The notes below the pieces were generated by a model. That model had not been told where the DNA came from. It did not search any database and was given only the letters and a program-made list of their open reading frames with translations. Positions 16,236 through 24,931 of a stretch of 25,538 bases of DNA are shown here, one piece after another. This stretch comes from Candidatus Dojkabacteria bacterium UBA2222 (lineage in GTDB: Bacteria > Patescibacteriota > Dojkabacteria > SC72), in NCBI GenBank assembly GCA_002328465.1, contig DCUE01000065.1:143-25680 (forward strand). Reading direction: 5' to 3'. Position numbers and translations under genes: made by a program. Numbering within the stretch: position 1 is the first letter of the stretch; each line of letters begins with the position of its first letter.

Positions 16236-17918
16236 CTATACAACTACTATTAGAATAATTGGTTCCCTCTCTGTTTTCTTGTAAATATATTTCCCTATTG
16301 ATTTCTCCATCTCGGATTTTAACTCATCATATTCAAATTTTTTCCTACTCTGTGAACTATTTATCCATCCCCTATGGACATCATAAATAATGGTTTGTAT
16401 CTCCTTTAACAACTCTTGTGATTTTTTCATATAGATAAAACCTCTGGAAACAAATTGAGGTCGACCCATTAACCTGTGTGTTTTTGTACTTAGGTTTAAA
16501 ACAATTATAAACATTCCATATTCTGAAAGTTGTTTCCTATCTTTAAGTACAATTTCTCCAGTATCCCCTACCCCTAAACCATCTATAAGGATTGGTTTCG
16601 CATCAATAGGTTTGCCTTTCCTCCAATCATGCCCGTTAAAGGACCACATCTCCCCATCATCTGTCAAAAGGACATCCTCATCTCTCATTCCCCAGGACAC
16701 ATAGTTCTTCTTATTGAAATACCTAAAGGTCAGAGGTCCATGTATTGGCATAACAGTTTTAGGTTTGACAAGGTCGTACATAATTTTCATATCTTCTTGA
16801 TTCCCATGACCCGTTGAGTGAATCTTAGTTTCTATTGTATCTTTAAGTAAATCTGCACCAAGTCCAATTAACCGATCTGTCATTGCCTCTATACTTGAGA
16901 CATTCTCTGGAATTTCAGAGGAAGACATTATCACTAGATCTTTCTTCTTTACTTTTATAAACTTGTGTTCATTCAAAGAAATTCTATTCAAAGCTGCAAA
17001 CCTTTCTCCTTGGCTACCAGTACAAAGTATTAAGAGCTCGTTATCTTTATACCTATTCATATCCCTTTCCCTAATCATCAAGCCTTGAGGAATTTTAATA
17101 TACCCCTGATTGCTAGCAATGGTTATAGTTTGTTCTAAACTTCTTCCAGATATTACAATTTTACGATTTGTTCTCTTTGCTATCTCAAAGAGAGAGTACA
17201 ATCGTGTAAGAAGAGATGAGAAAGCAGCAACAATTACTCTCCCCTCTGTTTTAGCGATTACTTTCTCAAGGTTTTCATAAACCTCTGTTTCAGACGGAGA
17301 CTTTCCAGTCTTAGTTGCATTTGTACTTTCCATAAGGGCGAGGTCAATCCTACCTCTGAGAGATTTTAGTTTTCCATAATCAGCTTCTAACTCATTGGTT
17401 GGTTGAGTATCAATTTTATAATCTCCTGAGAAGAAAACATTACCCCCTGGGGTTTGTAAAAAGATTGAGAAAGCATCCGGAATACTATGATTAATACCGA
17501 TGAAAGTTGCTCTTAATGTTCTTCCAATATCTATTGTACTGTGTCTTGTTACCCCAAAAATCTTAACCTTATTTTTAAGATTGTATTCTTCTAACCTAGC
17601 CTCAATTAGAGCTTTGGCAAATGCTCCTGCATATACAGGTGGGAAATCTAATTCGGGTAGCATCCATCTTAGTGCTCCAGTATGATCTAGGTGCCCGTGT
17701 GTTATTAATATTGCCTTAACCCTTTTCTTGTTTTTCTTTAAATATTTGAAGTTAGGAATTAAATAGTCTATTCCATACATCTCTTGTCCGGGAAAAGAGT
17801 ATCCAGCATCTACGATTACAATCTCATCTCCATATTCTATGAAGTTGCAATTTCTACCAATCTCACTAGTTCCAGATAGCGTGCATAGCTTAAGTATTTG
17901 TTTTTCGTTTTTATTCAT
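16236..17918 (-). CDS. rnj: Ribonuclease J
   Basis: GTSEIGRNC, IVDAG..FP, THGHLDHTG, HSIPD, SGDYKID, TGSQGE, IHSTGHG and PIHG metallo-beta-lactamase/beta-CASP motifs. Confidence 0.97.
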   Translation of the reverse strand: MNKNEKQILKLCTLSGTSEIGRNCNFIEYGDEIVIVDAGYSFPGQEMYGIDYLIPNFKYLKKNKKRVKAILITHGHLDHTGALRWMLPELDFPPVYAGAFAKALIEARLEEYNLKNKVKIFGVTRHSTIDIGRTLRATFIGINHSIPDAFSIFLQTPGGNVFFSGDYKIDTQPTNELEADYGKLKSLRGRIDLALMESTNATKTGKSPSETEVYENLEKVIAKTEGRVIVAAFSSLLTRLYSLFEIAKRTNRKIVISGRSLEQTITIASNQGYIKIPQGLMIRERDMNRYKDNELLILCTGSQGERFAALNRISLNEHKFIKVKKKDLVIMSSSEIPENVSSIEAMTDRLIGLGADLLKDTIETKIHSTGHGNQEDMKIMYDLVKPKTVMPIHGPLTFRYFNKKNYVSWGMRDEDVLLTDDGEMWSFNGHDWRKGKPIDAKPILIDGLGVGDTGEIVLKDRKQLSEYGMFIIVLNLSTKTHRLMGRPQFVSRGFIYMKKSQELLKEIQTIIYDVHRGWINSSQSRKKFEYDELKSEMEKSIGKYIYKKTEREPIILIVVV

Positions 17919-17924
17919 ATCTTT

Positions 17925-17933
17925 ATTATATCA
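17925..17933 (-). promoter_or_regulatory. Extended -10 TGATATAAT, 6 nt before the rnj ATG (predicted leaderless)
   Basis: Plus ATTATATCA; spacing puts +1 on or next to the A of ATG. Confidence 0.6.
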
Positions 17934-17960
17934 AATGTATCGAAAATACTGTTGATATTA

Positions 17961-17979
17961 AGAACATTTTGAATGTTCT
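17961..17979. promoter_or_regulatory. Perfect inverted repeat AGAACATT-TTG-AATGTTCT between the divergent rnj and valS promoters
   Basis: 8-bp perfect arms with a 3-nt spacer, centred at 17970, about midway between the two -10 elements. Confidence 0.5.
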
Positions 17980-18002
17980 CTATGTAAAAGGTTAATATAT
18001 AC

Positions 18003-18011
18003 TGATATAAT
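18003..18011 (+). promoter_or_regulatory. Extended -10 TGATATAAT of valS
   Basis: Exact TGn-TATAAT, 26 nt before the ATG. Confidence 0.65.
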
Positions 18012-18037
18012 ACAACAATTTATTCTCAATATTTTCA

Positions 18038-20278
18038 ATGAAAAACGACATTTCTAAGACATTTGAAGAAAAGGAAAAGGAAATATTCACCCTCTGGGAG
18101 GAATCTGGATTCTTTAACCCAGATACAATGAAGGCACTTTTGAAAGAGGATGCGAAGGAACCTTTTACAATATCATTACCTCCACCAAATGCTAATGGGA
18201 ATTTACATCTTGGACATATGTGTGGTTACTCTTTTCATGATGCAATAGGGAGATATATGAGGATGACAGGACACCCTACTCTACTTCTTCCTGGAAAAGA
18301 TCATGCAGGTATTCAAACGGAAACAGCCTTTACAAAAGAGTTAGAGAAAAAAGGTAAGAACAAATGGGATATGGGAAGAGAGGAATTCTATAAACAGTGT
18401 TACGAATTCTGTATGAAGAATGCCTCCAATGCAAGAGATCAGGAGAAAAACATTGGATTAAGTGCCGATTTTAGCAGAGAGTTTTTTACATTAGATCCTA
18501 GACTAACAGAAACGGTATATGAAACCTTTGAGATGATGTTTAGAGAGGGGATGGTTTACAGGGACAAGAGGATTGTAAATATATGTCCTTACTGCAAGAC
18601 TGCATTAGCAGATATAGATACGGAGCATGAAGAGAGGAGAGGTATTTTTGCATATATTAAATATCCACTTGTTGGGGAAAAAGATAAATACATTATGGTT
18701 GCTACTACTAGACCTGAGACTATGTTGGGGGATACTGCTGTAGCAGTTAACCCAAAGGATGATAGATACAAAGAGTATATAGGGAAGAAAGTGATTCTCC
18801 CGATACAAAATAAAGAGATTCCAGTAATTGCGGATGAATCTGTAGACATAGAAGTAGGCACGGGAGCTCTAAAGGTTACTCCAGCCCACTCTCCTGTTGA
18901 TTTCGAATTAGGTATTAAATACAACCTTGAAGTTGTTAATGTAATAGACGAAGAAGGCAAAATGACTGGTAATATCCCAGAGAAGTACAAAGGAATGGAT
19001 ACACTTCAATGTTCTAAGGAATTGTGTCAAGACTTAGATAGTTTGGGTCTTTTAGAAGAGATTAAGAATATTAAACATGAGGTAGCAATTTGTGAAAGAT
19101 GCAAAACCCCTGTTGAACCTGTTATTTCAAATCAGTGGTATATAGATGTTAGTAATTTAGCAAAAGAAGCCCTAAATGCTCTCCATTCAGGAGAGGTAAG
19201 AGTTATTCCCGAGGGCCAACAGAAAGCTTTAGAGTTCTTCTTTGAAAATATTAGACCTTGGTGTATTTCGAGACAACTGTGGTGGGGGCAGAGGATACCC
19301 GTTTGGTATAGCGGGGGAAAGAAACTGTACGATTGGTTACAAGAGAACAAAGGGAAAACGGTTAAAGATTTCGAAAAAGAATTTAACCTAAAAGTTATTG
19401 GAGATGGAAGCATTTATATTGGTGAGAACATCCCAAAAGAGGGTGCAGGATGGGAACCCGAAACAGATATGTTTGATACGTGGTTTAGTTCAGGTCAATG
19501 GCCATACTCTACTCTCGGAGGACCAAGTGGAGAGGATTTCAAAAAATACTATCCTACTCAAATGATGATTCATGCAAGAGATATTCTTTTCTGGTGGTCA
19601 GCAAGGATGTTAATGTTGGGAATATATAGGACGAAAGAGGTTCCATTTAAAACAATCTTTCTTACAGGAATGATTCTTGCCCCTGATGGTTCTAAGATGT
19701 CAAAAAGTAAGGGTAATGGAATTGAACCTCAAGAAGTTTTTGAGAAATATGGGGCAGATGCTCTTAGACTTTGGTATTACTCCGATGCTCTTCCAGGATC
19801 AAACGCTCCAATCAGAGAAGAGAAAATAAAGGGTAATAGAAATTTTGTAAATAAGATATGGAACGCTAGTAGATTCATCCTTATGAATATCGATGATGCG
19901 GAGGTTGATGCCGTTAGGGAAGAGGTTGTAGATATGGAAACCGAAAGGATAAAAGAAACAGAGGTACATATCCAAAAGGTTTCGAAATATCTTAGTAAGT
20001 ATCAATTCAATCTCGGAGCAGAGGAAATTAGGGAATTTTTCTGGCATAAGTTATGCGATGTATGGATAGAAGAAATCAAATCAGAGATACAGGATAAAGA
20101 AGTGGGCTCTAAGGAGAGGGTCTCAAGACTTACAGAGCTTTTGTATATTCTTAAGCAGAATTTAAAAATAATGCACCCCTTCATTCCGTTTATTACAGAA
20201 TCCGTATGGCAGGAATTAGTAAAGCTAAAACTGACAGAGGGGATTTTGATGGGTGAACAGATTCAAATATCAGAGTAA
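18038..20278 (+). CDS. valS: Valyl-tRNA synthetase lacking the C-terminal coiled-coil arm
   Basis: PPPNANGNLHLGH (HIGH), PGKDHAGIQT, ATTRPETMLGDTAVAVNP, GTGALKVTPAH, WCISRQLWWG, DTWFSS and KMSKSKGN. Ends shortly after HPFIPFITE. Confidence 0.97.
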   Translation: MKNDISKTFEEKEKEIFTLWEESGFFNPDTMKALLKEDAKEPFTISLPPPNANGNLHLGHMCGYSFHDAIGRYMRMTGHPTLLLPGKDHAGIQTETAFTKELEKKGKNKWDMGREEFYKQCYEFCMKNASNARDQEKNIGLSADFSREFFTLDPRLTETVYETFEMMFREGMVYRDKRIVNICPYCKTALADIDTEHEERRGIFAYIKYPLVGEKDKYIMVATTRPETMLGDTAVAVNPKDDRYKEYIGKKVILPIQNKEIPVIADESVDIEVGTGALKVTPAHSPVDFELGIKYNLEVVNVIDEEGKMTGNIPEKYKGMDTLQCSKELCQDLDSLGLLEEIKNIKHEVAICERCKTPVEPVISNQWYIDVSNLAKEALNALHSGEVRVIPEGQQKALEFFFENIRPWCISRQLWWGQRIPVWYSGGKKLYDWLQENKGKTVKDFEKEFNLKVIGDGSIYIGENIPKEGAGWEPETDMFDTWFSSGQWPYSTLGGPSGEDFKKYYPTQMMIHARDILFWWSARMLMLGIYRTKEVPFKTIFLTGMILAPDGSKMSKSKGNGIEPQEVFEKYGADALRLWYYSDALPGSNAPIREEKIKGNRNFVNKIWNASRFILMNIDDAEVDAVREEVVDMETERIKETEVHIQKVSKYLSKYQFNLGAEEIREFFWHKLCDVWIEEIKSEIQDKEVGSKERVSRLTELLYILKQNLKIMHPFIPFITESVWQELVKLKLTEGILMGEQIQISE

Positions 20279-20335
20279 AAAGAAAAGAGATGGAGGGAAT
20301 CTAAGACGTAAGTCAAAAAACGGATTCCCTCCATC
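20277..20335 (-). terminator. Intrinsic terminator-like hairpin for minus-strand transcription (metG/small ORF)
   Basis: Perfect 13-bp stem GATGGAGGGAATC (20289-20301) / GATTCCCTCCATC (20323-20335), inner GAC-GTAA-GTC, then minus-strand TCTTTTCTTTTT. No U-tract on the plus strand. Confidence 0.7.
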
Positions 20336-20348
20336 ATTGCAATAGCTG

Positions 20349-20498
20349 TTAGCCATTGCGCCTAAAAACTGGATCACCTCCTTTCTTTTTCCCAACGGAT
20401 GCCGTAGGTTTCTGTTTTTTCTTCTCTTCCTCCTTTGAGGCTTGAGAAGTGAGCTTCCCCGTTGGGGGAGTGAAAGAGAACGCGATGTCTTTAGCCAT
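20349..20498 (-). CDS. Unannotated 49-aa basic small protein MAKDIAFSFTPPTGKLTSQASKEEEKKKQKPTASVGKKKGGDPVFRRNG
   Basis: Hand-translated open frame ATG 20498 to TAA 20349. Perfect SD AGGAGGTGA (20509-20501) just upstream, terminator downstream; below the ORF-track length cutoff. Could instead be, or overlap, a structured RNA. Confidence 0.5.
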   Translation of the reverse strand: MAKDIAFSFTPPTGKLTSQASKEEEKKKQKPTASVGKKKGGDPVFRRNG

Positions 20499-20553
20499 GT
20501 TCACCTCCTGGTGTCTTTATACCAGAAAAGAAAATCTTTGGAAATACTTGATG

Positions 20554-22293
20554 TTATTGACTTAATATTTTCTCAAAAAGAATCGTTGGGGGATTAAGAT
20601 TTTTCCCACCTTCTAATTTATTGAAAGACCACTTGTCTTCAAATCTTGTTACTATTCCACTTGTTTCTAGCTCTTGGTTGGCATCATATTCTTCATCTAT
20701 ATTTAACATGTCAGAGAGTTTCTTAGAGCTATTTGGGGTAAAAGGTTTTAATAATATTCTTAATGCATTGACTAGCTGGATGGAGTTATACATCGTGTTG
20801 TTACAATCATCTATATTTTCTTTGAAGGAAACCCAGGGAGCTTTATCATTAAAATATTTGTTTGAATAGTCTCCGAACTTTAATAGGGATTCGCTTGCCT
20901 TAACGAATTCACATTTTTCGATATGATGACCAATCTCTTTGAAAGCTTTATTTATTGAATCTTCAACCTCTTTCTCTAATTCTCCCTTAGGTATTTTGTT
21001 CTCAAATTTACTACTTATGAAAGTAAGGGTCCTATTTATGAAGTTTCCAAGGTTTGCAACTAATTCGTTGTTATTACAATCTATAAAATCTTTCCATTCA
21101 AATTCTCTATCATGATTCTCAGGTGCATATCTTAAGAAGAAGAACCTAATTAAATCAGGACTATATTTTTCAAGTAGAGAATCAGCGTCCATGCCAGTTC
21201 CATCTCCCTTTGACATTTTCTTCCCTTTGTAAAGAAGCATTTTGTTTGAAGGTACGTCGTATGGGAGATTTAATTTCTCTCTTTTACTTTCTCCTGGGAA
21301 TTTGTATTTTTCCCATAGGGTATCATCCTCGTATTTTTCACTGTATGCTAATATCTCTGCTGGCCATATTATTGTATGGAAGGGTGTGTTTCCTCCTGCG
21401 ATAAAGTAGTAATGTTTACAAGTGGAATCTTTCCAGAACTCTTCCCATTCACTTGGTTTTTCAATATTTTGTGCCCATTCTATTGAAGCAGAAAGGTATC
21501 CAACAACTGCTTCTATCCATACATATATTACTTTCTCTTCCCAACCCTTTACTGGCACGGGAATTCCGAACTTTAAATCTCTAGTTACCTCCCTAGCTTC
21601 CAAGCCCTCCTTGAGCCAACCTTTTGAGAATTCTCTTACCCATTTTCTCCAATCACTGCTACTTTCTTCAACCCATTTAGCAATCTGGGGTTCTAATTTC
21701 TTCAAATCAAGATAGAAGTGCTCAGTTTCTTTCAAAACAGGTTTCGTATCAGAGAGTGTACTATATGGGTCAATTAAATCTTCTGGTTTTAGGAATTTAC
21801 CACATTCTGGACACTCATCCCCTCTTGCATTTGTTGCTCCACATTCTGGACACGTACCTCTTACATATCGATCGGGAAGGAATTTACTTACTTTCTCATC
21901 ATAGTACTGCTTTGACTTCTGTGGATACAGATATCCTCTTTCTTTCAGTACTAAGAAAATATTTTGAACAACATTTTTATGATTCTCTGTAGTTGTTGTA
22001 GTATAGTTTTCATAGAGTAAGGAGAGCTTTTTAAAAGTTTCAACTATCTCTTTATGAGATTTTGTTACTAACTCTTCAGGAGAGATATTTAACTCTTCAG
22101 CCTTAAAGAGTATGGGAGTTCCATGACTATCACTTCCAGAGACCATTAATACCCTGTTCCCCTTCTGTCTATGATATCTTGCAAAAACATCGCATGCTAT
22201 ATTTTGACCAGCCAGATGTCCTAGGTGAATCTTCCCACTTGCATATGGCCACGATACACCGATAAAGATTTTATTTGATTGAAATTTGTCCAT
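20554..22293 (-). CDS. metG: Methionyl-tRNA synthetase (monomeric type, no C-terminal Trbp/EMAP domain)
   Basis: WPYASGKIHLGH (HIGH), VSGSDSHGTPI, Zn knuckle CPECG..GDECPECG, YVWIEA, KMSKG and NELVANLGNFINR. Confidence 0.97.
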   Translation of the reverse strand: MDKFQSNKIFIGVSWPYASGKIHLGHLAGQNIACDVFARYHRQKGNRVLMVSGSDSHGTPILFKAEELNISPEELVTKSHKEIVETFKKLSLLYENYTTTTTENHKNVVQNIFLVLKERGYLYPQKSKQYYDEKVSKFLPDRYVRGTCPECGATNARGDECPECGKFLKPEDLIDPYSTLSDTKPVLKETEHFYLDLKKLEPQIAKWVEESSSDWRKWVREFSKGWLKEGLEAREVTRDLKFGIPVPVKGWEEKVIYVWIEAVVGYLSASIEWAQNIEKPSEWEEFWKDSTCKHYYFIAGGNTPFHTIIWPAEILAYSEKYEDDTLWEKYKFPGESKREKLNLPYDVPSNKMLLYKGKKMSKGDGTGMDADSLLEKYSPDLIRFFFLRYAPENHDREFEWKDFIDCNNNELVANLGNFINRTLTFISSKFENKIPKGELEKEVEDSINKAFKEIGHHIEKCEFVKASESLLKFGDYSNKYFNDKAPWVSFKENIDDCNNTMYNSIQLVNALRILLKPFTPNSSKKLSDMLNIDEEYDANQELETSGIVTRFEDKWSFNKLEGGKNLNPPTILFEKILSQ

Positions 22294-22306
22294 AATTACA
22301 ACATTT

Positions 22307-22315
22307 ATTATATCA
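22307..22315 (-). promoter_or_regulatory. Extended -10 TGATATAAT of metG
   Basis: Plus ATTATATCA, 13 nt before the ATG. Confidence 0.6.
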
Positions 22316-22395
22316 GAATATATTTTCTTCCACTATCATATGGAAAGTTTTCAAAAAACCTTATATACTGGAATAGTAATCATATACACTGCCTA

Positions 22396-22953
22396 ATGTT
22401 AAAAACGAAAGATCAAACAAAATCAATAAACTTCTTACAACCAGTGGGAAGTTCAGATGGCGTACTTCAGACTTCATTCGCATGGTTGACTACAATTGGG
22501 AAGACAATTCTTATTGTAGTGCAAGCGATTGTATTATTTGCCTTTGCGTATAGGTTGATTAAAGATGGTAGGAATAATGATTTAACAACAGAGATAAATG
22601 CTCAGGTTAAGGTTTTGGAAAACGAGACGTGGAAAAAGAATGTTATCAAATATGAGAATCTACAAACACTTTTGGGAGATATTAAAGAAATTAAGGAGGG
22701 TCAAGATTTGAACTCGAATTTAATTTCAGAAATACTTAATGGTATTCCTCTGACATTGAATGTTGAGAGTATTTCTATTAATAATGGTAGAGTTAATTTG
22801 GCTCTTACGACTACAGATTTCAAAGCATTGAGAGATTATGAAGATTCTTTGAAGAACAACGCTTCGTATTCGGATGTCAAAGTAAACATATCGTTACAGG
22901 GCGAGGAATATGAGATATCTTTAACATTTAATGTTGTAAAAGGAAATAAATAG
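22396..22953 (+). CDS. PilN-like type IV pilus alignment protein
   Basis: INFLQP (INLLP-like PilM-binding motif), W..IGK.I.IV.Q.IV..AF.YR..D TM, coiled coil, ferredoxin-like C-domain (LSEILNGIP..VESISI..YSDVKV). ATG 22396 is preferred over 22279, which overlaps the metG start. Confidence 0.7.
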   Translation: MLKTKDQTKSINFLQPVGSSDGVLQTSFAWLTTIGKTILIVVQAIVLFAFAYRLIKDGRNNDLTTEINAQVKVLENETWKKNVIKYENLQTLLGDIKEIKEGQDLNSNLISEILNGIPLTLNVESISINNGRVNLALTTTDFKALRDYEDSLKNNASYSDVKVNISLQGEEYEISLTFNVVKGNK

Positions 22954-23583
22954 ATGGGAACCTTAGAGAGCAGTGCAAGAAAAGTAGAATATGTAAAAAT
23001 GGTAAAACGTGGCCCAGACAAAAAGGGCGAAATGATTTTTACCGGATTAACATACATTGTAACAATTTTACTCATTGTTTTTGCAGTAGTTCCTACATTT
23101 AAGACGGTTCAAAATATAGAGAAAGAGATAAAGAAAAAAGAACAGGTATCAGCAGCATTGAAGGATAAGTTGAATGCCTTAACTAGTCTTGATGGACAAT
23201 ATAATAATAATAAGGAGACTTTTAATGATTTAACATTGATATTCCCTACCTCTCAAAACTTTAGTCTTCTTTTGGCAAATATGGATGCAATCGTTACAAG
23301 GCAGAGTTTTGTTTTACGAAATATTGGATTCTCAGATTATAAAAAGAGCAAGTATGATGAGACTGAATTAAAAGTTCTAGCTCTAAAACCGTACTCTGTT
23401 AGATTGTCAGTAACAGGTAGTAGGATAAATCTTATTAACTTCCTTAAGGAATTAGAAGCCCTACCAATGTATCCTGTAATCGAAGGAATCTCTTACAGTA
23501 GTGAAGTTGATGATAAGGGAAATACAGATTATTCCTTATCTCTTCGGGTGTATCTAATTGAAAATGTAAACTTTTATGATTAA
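22954..23583 (+). CDS. PilO-like type IV pilus alignment protein
   Basis: N-terminal TM, coiled coil, IFPTSQNF..LLANM, VRLSVTGS..LINFLKELEALP..IEGISY PilO/GspM pattern; abuts pilN-like. Confidence 0.75.
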   Translation: MGTLESSARKVEYVKMVKRGPDKKGEMIFTGLTYIVTILLIVFAVVPTFKTVQNIEKEIKKKEQVSAALKDKLNALTSLDGQYNNNKETFNDLTLIFPTSQNFSLLLANMDAIVTRQSFVLRNIGFSDYKKSKYDETELKVLALKPYSVRLSVTGSRINLINFLKELEALPMYPVIEGISYSSEVDDKGNTDYSLSLRVYLIENVNFYD

Positions 23584-23588
23584 TACTT

Positions 23589-23828
23589 ATGGAGGTCTTT
23601 AGAAGATATTTTGTAGTAATACTGTTATCTATAATAATAGCCATAGTATGGGGTGGTGTCCTTATTTTCTCGAAAGAATCTTTCTCGACCTTAAATCCAA
23701 ATGCTGAAACATATACAAAACCATTAAGTCCCAAATTTGATGAGGAAATCTTAGATGCGGTTTCAGAGAGAATTCAAAATGGCTTTGCTATACAACCAAG
23801 CTCCTTCTTTGAGATGACAAAGGACTAA
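23589..23828 (+). CDS. Small single-TM protein in the PilP position of the CPR pilNO cluster
   Basis: N-terminal TM then [12 protein letters not shown]; 5 nt after pilO-like. Confidence 0.55.
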   Translation: MEVFRRYFVVILLSIIIAIVWGGVLIFSKESFSTLNPNAETYTKPLSPKFDEEILDAVSERIQNGFAIQPSSFFEMTKD

Positions 23829-24913
23829 ATATCAATATAGTCATCTAATTTCTTTTCAGAAGATTTCTCTTTTAATTTCTTTAATGCTTTCGCTTCTATT
23901 TGTCTTATTCTTTCTCTAGTTACTCCAAATTCTCTTCCAACCTCTTCAAGTGTTCTTGTTACACCGTCTGTTAGTCCAAATCTTAATGAAAGGACTCTTC
24001 TTTCTCTATCTTGTAAAGAATCTAAGATATCCTTTAATTGATTCTTTAGATATTCAGAGGTAGCAAAATCCTCTGGGCTTTGGGACCATTCATCTGGCAA
24101 GATATCTTGTAATTTACTATCCTTCTCGTCTCCTATTGGAGTAGCCAAAGAGGATGGATTCTGTTTAATTTTTCTAATCTCCGCTATCTTCTCTAATTCA
24201 ATATCCATTTCCTTTGCAATCTCTTCATCTGTTGGTTGTCTTCCTAACCTTGTTGTCAAAGTACCATTTACCTTATTAAACTTGTTTATAGTTTCTATCA
24301 TGTGTACAGGTACTCTGATTGTTCTAGCCTGATCTGCAATTGCCCTAGTAATTGCTTGTCTAATCCACCATGTTGCATAGGTAGAGAATTTAAAACCTTT
24401 ATGGTAATCGAATTTTTCTACTGCCCTCATTAAACCGATATTGCCCTCTTGAATTAGATCTAGAAGCTCTAATCCACTCTTACTGTACTTTTTGGCGATG
24501 CTTACAACTAATCTAAGATTTGCAGTTATTAATAACTGTCCAGCCTCTTTATCCCCATTCTCAATTCTTTTTGCAAGTATTACCTCTTCTTCTGCTGTTA
24601 ATAGGGGGATTTTACCTATCTCATATAAATATGATCTAATAGCATCTGTAGATAGACTAGATTGAATAGTTTTTAGTATTCGAATTTTCTTTTCAAGTGT
24701 TAGCTCCTCGCTATCTGTAACAATATCCTCCTCTGGTTCTAATACTTCTACATCATTTTCCTGTAACTCTTTAAAAATATCATCTAAGAGAACGATATCC
24801 TCTTCTATAGTAGGGAAAACCTCTAAGATATCTTCTTGAGAAAGAAATCCTTGCTCTTTTCCTTTTTTAACTAATTCTTGGATATGTTTTGCCTTATTTG
24901 AGGAATTACTCAT
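23825..24913 (-). CDS. rpoD: Primary sigma factor RpoD/SigA
   Basis: Region 1.1 ([10 protein letters not shown]), 1.2 ([16 protein letters not shown]), 2 ([56 protein letters not shown]) and 4 ([16 protein letters not shown]). Confidence 0.99.
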   Translation of the reverse strand: MSNSSNKAKHIQELVKKGKEQGFLSQEDILEVFPTIEEDIVLLDDIFKELQENDVEVLEPEEDIVTDSEELTLEKKIRILKTIQSSLSTDAIRSYLYEIGKIPLLTAEEEVILAKRIENGDKEAGQLLITANLRLVVSIAKKYSKSGLELLDLIQEGNIGLMRAVEKFDYHKGFKFSTYATWWIRQAITRAIADQARTIRVPVHMIETINKFNKVNGTLTTRLGRQPTDEEIAKEMDIELEKIAEIRKIKQNPSSLATPIGDEKDSKLQDILPDEWSQSPEDFATSEYLKNQLKDILDSLQDRERRVLSLRFGLTDGVTRTLEEVGREFGVTRERIRQIEAKALKKLKEKSSEKKLDDYIDI

Positions 24914-24922
24914 TATTTATTA

Positions 24923-24931
24923 TGGTATAAT
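24923..24931 (+). promoter_or_regulatory. Extended -10 TGGTATAAT, 7 nt before the ATG of the Zn-ribbon gene (predicted leaderless)
   Basis: Exact TGn-TATAAT inside the 25-bp rpoD divergent gap. Confidence 0.6.

Noticed and set aside
17961-17979. LexA/SOS box
   Set aside because: GAAC-N9-GTTC does not fit the GAAC-N4-GTTC Gram-positive box; kept only as an unassigned operator.
18850-18910. ValRS editing motif reads AHSPVD instead of AHDxxD
   Set aside because: The second Asp, the one generally regarded as essential for editing, and the TTRPET motif are intact, so loss of editing is not supported.
20270-20356. 28-codon ORF (MANSYCNDGGNPFF...) overlapping the small ORF stop; reachable by re-initiation or a +1 shift at GTT-TTT downstream of the internal SD
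   Set aside because: The SD-to-ATG distance is about 20 nt, the SD spacing does not match prfB-type shifting, the frame runs through the terminator, and the product is not protein-like.
20369-20386. 16S rRNA gene or pseudogene fragment
   Set aside because: The match is limited to 18 nt, and upstream bases do not resemble helix 45 or any other rRNA sequence.
227-23734. Numerous 60-140 aa antisense or alternate-frame ORFs in the track (e.g. 2362-2742, 7435-7824, 14035-14454, 18589-18990)
   Set aside because: They lie wholly opposite or within well-supported genes, lack motifs, and are typical shadow ORFs.
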